Positions 55,681-64,000 of a stretch of DNA of 64,000 bases are shown here, piece after piece (the stretch's first letter is position 1; each line of letters begins with the position of its first letter). This DNA is from Tubiluchus corallicola (Eukaryota > Animalia > Priapulida). A program made the translations under genes and the position numbers. The stretch is taken from the NCBI GenBank assembly GCA_030141605.1, contig JAQGDQ010000358.1, forward strand, positions 62,001 through 126,000, written 5' to 3'. The notes under the pieces were generated by a model. That model had not been told where the DNA came from. It made no database searches and saw nothing but the letters and a program-made list of their open reading frames with translations.

Positions 55681-58600
55681 CTAAAATAGTACCGTGGATG
55701 GTATAACACTGACGTGTAAGTCTTCATGCAAGTTGTTGAGTATTGACATTTCTTTATCTGGTATTGTGAAATCAAATATCTGAAAAAAAAACAAAATAAT
55801 GTTGTATGTTGATATACCACTTTCACTGGTTCACTAGTATTTGTGTCCTAAATAATTCGTCAATGAATGGGGTCATTTTATACTTAAGTTTCATTCTTAT
55901 TTTTTCAGACATGTAATGATTTTATATTTACAGTATTTTTTTGTTACGTTTGCAATGCAAGTCTAGGGAAGGATCACTTCATCTTTTGCAATCTAGTTAA
56001 AAATTATGAAAGTTGAAATAAAAGCCATCGCTAAAAACTAATACAGCGCTGTTGCTTTCATCAGTTGCAATATTAAAATTATGTAGCTTGCTTACATGAT
56101 TGATCTCTGTCTCAGAATAAGTGCACAACATATGTAATCATATACAATGCAGAACTTCATGGTAACCTGTATTTTTGTAAAACTATGTTTTTAGCCTAAT
56201 TTTGCCATATAGTTCTTGTTGTCACATATGTAACTATCTTACTTGAAAGCAGGATATGGACTTACTTAATAATTCATTAATCTTCGTAATTTCGTATTGT
56301 AAAATTGCATTTACTGCCTTCACATGAGGGAATCAACCTATTTATTTGTTGTATATTTCATGCAAACATCCTTGCATATTAGGTCTTACTATAGTCACTT
56401 TGGCTGCATATTCGTCTTACCATTTTAATCAAAAGTAGTATTTGATTTCCCGAAACAATTTCACTTTAGGGAAAACTGATTACCATAAGTACAAATTCTC
56501 TACATACAGAAATATTTAATGTCGTTTATCAATATGAATGCAATAACAGATGAGCTACTGCTTGAAGTATGTTAATACTGGTAGTAATACTAGTGTGATG
56601 CTTGTATGTTAATACTGTACATTATGCTTTTAGTACAAAGTGCAATTCATCCAAACTACATATACCTGTGAATTTTCTAGAACTCTTGCTTTTTGTCTTG
56701 ATTTAGGAATTACTCCAACTTCATTCTGAAACGATAATAAATATGTATACAACCTCCTTATACAGACTACTTTGGGACTGCAGAAAAGTAGGCATTATAA
56801 CAACATTAATATATACATGCCTGTGCAAACGCGAAAAAATATGGCGTTAGTCGAGGTTAGCATTCTAAACGGGGCTGTTATAACGATGTTTGACTGTATT
56901 AGCCAATTACATCTCAATGTGCTTACATAATGTGCTCATTACTTGATCCACAGTTGAACATGCATAAATTGATAACTTTAGTTAATGTTTCCTCTTTGCT
57001 TTAATATAAAACAAGTTAACGGGCATGAATTGTAATTACAAGTACTGCAGTACTTTGAAGTGAGTGCCAAAAGATTCAGTGTGGGTTTGCTTTAACTGTT
57101 TGTGATAGATAAGTACTTCAAACACGAATAGCCATATCATACAGCTAAAGTAAACAGTAAGATGCAATAGGGCAAAGTGTCAATGACATTCATAATCTAT
57201 TATCTTTACTACACAATTACTTTCATTAGATCATCCTTACTGAACGATTTTGAAAGTCTTTTAAATTCAAGTAAGTTACAACAATGTACAGTCAGGGTGG
57301 CTATACTTGCTGATTAGATACTCAGACATGCTGATATCCACATGCGAGTTCATTTGAGTGGTATAGTTTGAGAAGACAAGCTTCATTTATTTTTGATGCA
57401 GCAAAGATCAATGGACACTCATTTCTTCAAGCAGTTAACAGTTCCATATGACAAGAATGACAGTGACAAGCTCAAATATTAAAAACATTTATGTCACAAG
57501 CAAATGAGAAAATGGTCACAGTGTCCAAGCAGACAGATTTATTGAGAGCACTACTTATTTTGAACACAGCAGCCATTGCTAAATTTGAAGTAGTGCCTAA
57601 TGATGAGTGGATGACGCGTTTGCCTATGACTGTGGCTCAGATGCCCTTCAATGCTCTTGCTATTCCAGGCTCACATGATTCTGGAGCATACAACTTGACG
57701 AGAGAAATTGCATCTTGGGATAAGTTTGTCCAAGACCTCTACGATAACTTTGGTGAAGAGCAATTCAAAGGCATTTTGCATGCATATACAATTACTCAGT
57801 CATTGACCATATATGAACAATTGAAAATGGGAATTCGCTATTTGGATATGCGAATAGCTGCAAAAGATAACATTACTCACGACTGGTTTTTCTATCATAA
57901 ATTATACGGATTTAGTGCTCGAGACATGCTGGAAGAAGCTAGATATTTTTTAGTGCAACATCCGAAAGAGGTAATAGTCCTAGATTTTCAGCATTTTGCA
58001 CATTTCACAGAACTGCATCACAGTCGATTTCAGTTTTTTTTATTGGAATTGTACAGTGATATTATGGTGCCATGCCCAGTTGTTTTAGAGCAAACTATAA
58101 CATTGGAACTACTGTGGTCAATGAAGAAACAAGTCGTTGTGCTTTACACTGGATATGATGGAAATCATCCATTGTTTTGGCCAAGAACCCAGTACATGGA
58201 CAGTCCATGGCCAAATGTGCCGTATGTACCACCAATGTTAGACTACCTTGATTCAAGATATGGGGTAGATCGAATTAACCATACCAATAGTTTTTATGTG
58301 ACCCAGGGAGTTCTCAGTCCGAATAACTTCATTGAGGAGATAGTGAGAAATCCGAACACGTCATTAGAGACGACATTAGCGCAAAAATGTAATCTTGCCT
58401 TATCAGGGTGGATTCAGTGTGGGCAAGCAGGACTTCATGGTATCAATATTGTAATGACAGACTTTTGTGAATTCAGCAACATCATTTCAGCAACAATAAC
58501 ATTGAACTTTCGTGATTTCAAAAATGATTGACTAGCGTAAATGTCAAGGTTATAACAGCAAGACTGTTACAGCTCATATGTCAAACTTTCTTAATTTGTC

Positions 58601-59571
58601 AAAGCTGTCTATAGTGCTCTGCAGCAGTTGTCACTACTTTACTAGACAAAATAGCCAAGTATACCAGATGTCAGTTTCTGTTTTTAAAATGTAATGGTTA
58701 AAATAAGTATGACATACTAAGTGTAGAAATAAAAAAGTAGGACAATAAAATGCCTTATTTAAATAAAAGATGTAACCTTTAATAAAACAGCCATCGAACT
58801 ATTTTCATTGGGCAATGTTCTAAAAATTTGTGTAACATTAATTTCTGGTGTATTATGGCAAAAAAACAACTTGGCAGAGATACTTATTAGTTTTACGGAA
58901 AGAATTTTTCTAAGTTTACAATGGCGAGACCAATGACGTCCGTGTCTGTTTGAACCCAGCTCTTGATATTTGCATTATTTGATTTTCACTTGACACACTG
59001 TATAATTTGTAGCAATAACTCGGCTTAGGAACAATGTAGAAAGCAAAAATTGGCACGAAAATTAACAACAAAATATAGGATGTGAAAAATACAGTCACAT
59101 CTAAAATTTCAATTTCAATCTACTACGGGTGACTTCGTTATGCAAAAGCAAGTGTGATTGCTCATACTCACCTGTAGTGACCATCTAAGAAGAACTTGAG
59201 CAGGAGTTTTTGCCAAATGCGTCGCTATGCCAGCAACAGGAGCTCGGTCCAAAATCTCACCCTTTGCTAATGAAGACCAACCCTAAACCAAAAAAATAAT
59301 AATAAACAAACTTATTATTTCAGTAAATACAAGCATATTTGGCTGTGGTAGTTAATTAAGATTTACTTACTTAATTACAACTTCATGCAAGAAAAGTAAA
59401 AAAAAATCACAACTGAATCTCAGTGTGGGCGCAGCAGTTGGCACAATAAGTGTTGCCCAAACAGCAGAGTAGTACAAACATAGCTCACAAAGTACAATGA
59501 GCTGTCTTTAAACCTGAATTATTAAGGAGTTATTTAAATAAAATACGTAACAATAAACTACTTTCATCTGC

Positions 59572-59605
<34 letters not shown>

Positions 59606-62600
59606 CTCACCTGGAGATTAGTATTTTAATCATCCAAGGACCCCTATAAAAGTTTTGTAAACCATAACAGAGAATCCGTGCTATCTAACATGTTCCATGT
59701 ATATGTAAGAATTTACTAGTTTTGTGCCACAAAATATAGTGCAACACTTACAGCACAATTTTTACAAATATATGTCATATATTATATATCAACATATGTC
59801 ATATATTATTATATATACATAAATATAATTGTAACGTTCTATAAATACAAAAACATCTTTGATTTACCTGAACAAATATTCCTTTATTCTTGCAGTACTG
59901 TACCAAGTGCTTATTGTTCTGATAAGGGTTATATTCGATTTGGTTAACATGGGGCCTTATCTTACAGTCACACAGGAATTGCTCTAAATGAGGCACAAGA
60001 AAATTGCTAACTCCAATGGCTCTACACAAACCTAAAAAATGCAAGACCTGAAAATTAATAAATACAAATTGAAAAGTGGAATATCGCAAAGAGGAAAACA
60101 GAAAAAATTCACTAAACTGATGGTAATCGAATCATTGTGCAACGATAGAAAAGTCTTCAGTGTAATTTCCACTAAGCCATTTGTAGTTATTGGGCAACCA
60201 TGTGGAAGTTTCAGTTAAACCAAGAAACCCATTGAAGTATGGTAATTGTTAACAATAGCTAGCACTGAGAAATTACTAGACCTGATTATAATTATCAACA
60301 GTGTAGTAAAAAACATATTTGTTCACAATTCCCAGGATATGTCATTCTGTTGGCATTCACTAATGATGTTTTACTTGTTAAAGTGGGTGAACTTGTCTTT
60401 AAAACCTTGCCTTTTTCATACAACAATTCTAAAGCTTTCCACGTTTCTGCTCGAACTTGACGCTTGTTTGAACACTCAAATGTCACATCTGGCCAATGGA
60501 GCAAATATAAATCTAAAAAAATGCAAACATGTAATATTGCATAAAGAAAAACACTCAAGTTAAAAATGCTATTCCATTAAACTATAATTCATAATTTTAA
60601 GTTTTGCATGTTTTATAAAAATAGGTAATAACGTGATAACTCCACAATTATATACATCTCTGTATATTAATTTCGGTGGTATAGGACGTTTTATATATAT
60701 ATAACGTTTTATATACATATATACATACATACATATACATATATATATATATTCAACCGTTTTTTGCAAAACTTATACCTCTTACTTCTAGAGAACTGCA
60801 CAAACAGCCCCCAGACAAGCTCAATTTGTACAACTATTTGGGCATGTTTAGAAAAAATAAACCAACTCACTGAAAGAGGATGAAACAGTCTCCGGGATGT
60901 GAAGGTATCATTGAGAGAGGTGCACTAGATGAAACAGGAAGGGTGTATTTCAAAGTTCTCTTGTAATCCCCCAGTGCTCCACGCTAATTGGAATACCTAC
61001 TGTCTTTGAGTGAGAAATTTTGAGGCTGTTCCAGGCATTGTCCTCACCCACCATTCTAACATGTTATAGATTATACATGTAAGTTACATCTGTTAGCTTA
61101 TTACCATCTGAGAAGCAATAAGCAAAACTATGTAGAATGTTCGTGTATTATTGATCAGTGGTAGATGGATCTAAGAGTTTTTGTTTCACGTGGTTTCAAC
61201 TTTGTGCAAAATATTTTGAAAGATTTTGCTATGATGCTTTGCTCTTGATCTTGCTGTTGGCATTGTAAGGCATCGTCATTGTCATCATCATCACCATGAT
61301 CACTGCTTGATGAGGTGAGTTTGTGTGGTGTGGTATGGTGTAGTGGGTGCAGTGAATGTGCTGTGGTTGGTGTGGTGCAGTGGGTGTTGTGAGGTGTGGT
61401 GGTGGTGTGCCGTGAATGTTGTGCTGTAGATGGTGTAATGGGGTGGTAGGGTGTGTGGTGTAGGTGGGACGGTGTGGTGTAGTTTGGTGTTGTGGTAGGG
61501 TGTGGTATTGATGGTTAGTGTAGGTGGTGTGGTGTGAATAATGTGGAGTTGGTGTAGTGTGGCAGATGTGTTGTGTTGTGGGTGGTGTGGTGTTGTGGTA
61601 TGGTGTGGGTGGTGTGGTGTGTTGCGAGTGAGGTGGCGGGTGGTTGAGTGACATGGTGTGATGTGGTGTGGAATGTTGTTGTAAGTTTATGTCCAAAAAT
61701 CATTTTTGCGGGGTTTGGCTAGTTATTAAATTAATCTCTTCCAGCCCAGCTTGTTTTCAGCTAAGCTGGAAAGTGAAACCATGTCATAACCAGAAATTAA
61801 GCTCATTAAAAGCTGATATTCCCGGAATTGTGCAAGAAAACCTGACTGGAATGATAGATATTTAATGATATGCGGCTTTTGTCCTCCAAGCTGATGGCAG
61901 GTTTTTGTGATCAGGATGGTCAGTATGTATTATGAAAGGTTCTGATGCTTAAAGTTGTTAAAGCAAAACGCTTGCTTTAACAACACAAAAATGAGTAACA
62001 GATTTTCATCATTAAAGCGAGTCACTAAATAATGGATAATTAGGAGATGACTTACTTATATGACATGTAACACGACTGATAAAGTAAGTAGATACACCAA
62101 CATGCCCAAAACAGACGAAGTAAAAAATGGGAAAAAGTTCATATTTATACTAAATGCACCTATAGATGATTTTTTGCCAGCAATAGTAGCACAGCAGTTT
62201 CCCACCTATAATTTTACACTGTAGTTCGCGGCAGGAAACATAAAAATTGTCTATCGCTGACTGGTAGCCATAATTGTATGAAGGTAACTTGGTTATGATA
62301 AACAGTTTTTCCCGTGGTACACCACTTTTCTGCAACACAAAAATAACATCACAGTTAGGAAGAGCTTTACTAATGACAAACACGGCCCTCAGAAACAATA
62401 ATCGAAATATAATGCTAACTTGTGTCTGATACAAGGTCCTGTAGGTTCCTGAAGATGCAATATGAAGCCTGACAACAATTATATCAGTTTCTATCACAGC
62501 TTGTTGTAATACTGAAACTCGTTCCAGCTAAGGCTTTGGAACTACTTTGCAGTACAAAGAAAAGATTATATAAATGTAATAATAATGTATGTGTAAGGTA

Positions 62601-63744
62601 TGTGATTAACACAGTTATTGGCAACTTACGGTGCATGTGAAAATGAACTGTCAAGTGTGATTCACACAGAAAGAAATCAACTGTCAGCTATTCGTTAAAT
62701 TTTTTATAAGCTAGTCAGTTTTGATTTAATAATAGTTCTATCATATCATGTAAACCAAATAGCCCATAATATTATTATTTTCAATCCACCCCCTCAACTC
62801 TGTAATTTCTTTAATTTTTCTGGACCTTTTTACCTATTCTTGCCTATTCTTGTCACAAAATAATTTTATAAATGTGGGTTACACCTGTAATGTTGTTGCT
62901 ACATCTCTCTCTGTTCCATATTTCTGCGCTGTATCAATTAACCTGTATCCACATTCCTTTACAGCATAAATCATTGTGTCTACATCAACTCCACCTTGTT
63001 GGTATGTTGTTCCTGGAAAACAATAATTTTTTTAATGCATTATTACATAGCTGCACAGATACTTACTAATCAATTCTTTGAGATTCACTACACTTTTTAC
63101 AAAACTGATTAAGTAAATATGCAACAAGCTTATCATCAAAACAGTCATCGTCAACTAACATTGTAAATTCACTTCTAACCTCCAGCGAAACATTAGTTTT
63201 TACTAACTGCACTGACAAATAATATAAAATCCTTACACTGATAATGAATCAGTAGCATTTCTCTCACTAGAGTCTAATGCGAATCAAATTAAAAACCCAC
63301 TTTTAAATAATTATAATTTACATAAAAAATTATTATCCTGATCCTGTAAGTGCCATACAAATGTATAATAGTCTTGCTGAAGTTTCAATTACCAGCATTA
63401 GTTTTATAGCACGTATAATTATATAAAGGGTGTTCTGAAGAATCAGATCAGAGCTGGGCAACACTGACTGCTATAAACATAAAACATTTCTGTCAAGCTA
63501 GTATAATAAATGAAATTTTTTGGAAATAAACTACTACAACTTAGGCCTGCATTTGAGTCCCAATGGAAACACAAAACTTTTTCAAATTTTATAATTTAGT
63601 ATTGCATTTGTGCATTTTTAATTTATATGATTGCAATGCAACACAAGTGAAATTCAGTATTTCTCACTCACCCAATCCAAGTTTTGGTATTTTCACTCCA
63701 TTCGAGAGGACAAAATGTTCCACTGAAGAATCCAAGTCTATCAT
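55681..63744 (-). CDS. Aldo-keto reductase (AKR superfamily), 8 coding exons, 286 aa
   Basis: Exons 63744-63672 (LSNGVKIPKLGLG), 63012-62885 (ECGYRLIDTAQKYGTE), 62329-62206 (REKLFIITKL), 60512-60411 (DLYLLHWP), 60031-59868 (CRAIGVSNF, PHVNQIEYNP), 59282-59172 (TPAQVLLRWSLQ), 56725-56666 (VIPKSRQKARVLEN), 55779-55681 (IFDFTI..*); 861 nt. Catalytic D-Y-K-H tetrad intact. Confidence 0.93.
56746..56899. mobile_element. Degenerate Tigger/pogo-type MITE in an AKR intron
   Basis: Right end gttataacgatgtttgactgta is typical of CAGT-terminated, TA-flanked elements; left end tacaacctccttatac is degenerate; ctttgggac is shared with the 49043 element. Confidence 0.4.
57491..58531 (+). CDS. PI-PLC X domain-containing protein (PLCXD family), intronless CDS, nested in an AKR intron
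   Basis: 346-aa ORF with WM..LP, LAIPGSHDSG (catalytic His), TQSLTIYEQLKMGIRYLDMRI, FYHKLYG (second His), HPKEVIVLDFQH and INIVMTDF. Confidence 0.92.
   Translation: MSQANEKMVTVSKQTDLLRALLILNTAAIAKFEVVPNDEWMTRLPMTVAQMPFNALAIPGSHDSGAYNLTREIASWDKFVQDLYDNFGEEQFKGILHAYTITQSLTIYEQLKMGIRYLDMRIAAKDNITHDWFFYHKLYGFSARDMLEEARYFLVQHPKEVIVLDFQHFAHFTELHHSRFQFFLLELYSDIMVPCPVVLEQTITLELLWSMKKQVVVLYTGYDGNHPLFWPRTQYMDSPWPNVPYVPPMLDYLDSRYGVDRINHTNSFYVTQGVLSPNNFIEEIVRNPNTSLETTLAQKCNLALSGWIQCGQAGLHGINIVMTDFCEFSNIISATITLNFRDFKND
59571..59608. repeat. (CT)n(GT)n microsatellite
   Basis: Directly visible. Confidence 0.9.
61312..61682. repeat. GT-rich low-complexity tract (GTG/GTGTG units) in an AKR intron
   Basis: Degenerate gtgtggtgtggt repeats; source of the His/Thr/Pro-rich spurious ORFs. 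Confidence 0.9.
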
Positions 63745-64000
63745 GTTTAAAATAGGTTAAGGTAAGGCTGCACAGCTACAAAGTCGTTTCAAACATTGTT
63801 CAACCTGGTCGACTTGCAATGCATCTGAAAATGAAACTTACATTGCCATTAGCAGTCTGACATAATAGTAGTTATTTTTAAATGGCATTTACTTATAAAT
63901 TATAGCAGTTATGTATTTCACAAACTAAAAATTACAATTAAATCTTTTATTTTCAGCAAATCAGTTCATTATTGCTAAAGTGGACAAAATATTTAAATTT

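Noticed and set aside
61229-61703. His/Thr/Pro-rich 155-aa ORF
   Set aside because: Product of the GT-rich low-complexity tract inside an AKR intron; no domain and no splice support.
63060-63210. Possible extra AKR cassette exon
   Set aside because: It has stops in the required phase, and the flanking exons already join into a complete AKR.

Overview
AT-rich, intron-containing animal (invertebrate-like) genomic DNA, not prokaryotic; the organism cannot be named from this window. Ten protein-coding genes were reconstructed by hand from splice signals and reading-frame continuity: the last two exons of a tyrosine-decarboxylase-like enzyme (+), a FoxJ1-like forkhead factor (-), an intronless orphan class A GPCR (+), a GT31 beta-1,3-galactosyltransferase (-), a 14-exon GH20 beta-hexosaminidase (+), a short TTC17-like TPR membrane protein (+), TMEM107 (-), COX10 (+), an intronless PI-PLC X-domain gene (+) and an 8-exon aldo-keto reductase (-). 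Intergenic and intronic DNA holds decayed CR1/L2-type LINE fragments, MITE-like elements, a 304-bp tandem duplication and microsatellites. I did not find a clearly new multi-gene system. The most notable observations are the PLCXD gene nested antisense inside an AKR intron, a U12-type (minor spliceosome) intron in TMEM107, a hexosaminidase with an extra hydrophobic C-terminal tail (candidate GPI or membrane anchor), and three cilia-associated gene families within about 37 kb. All family assignments rest on recalled motifs; no database searches were run.
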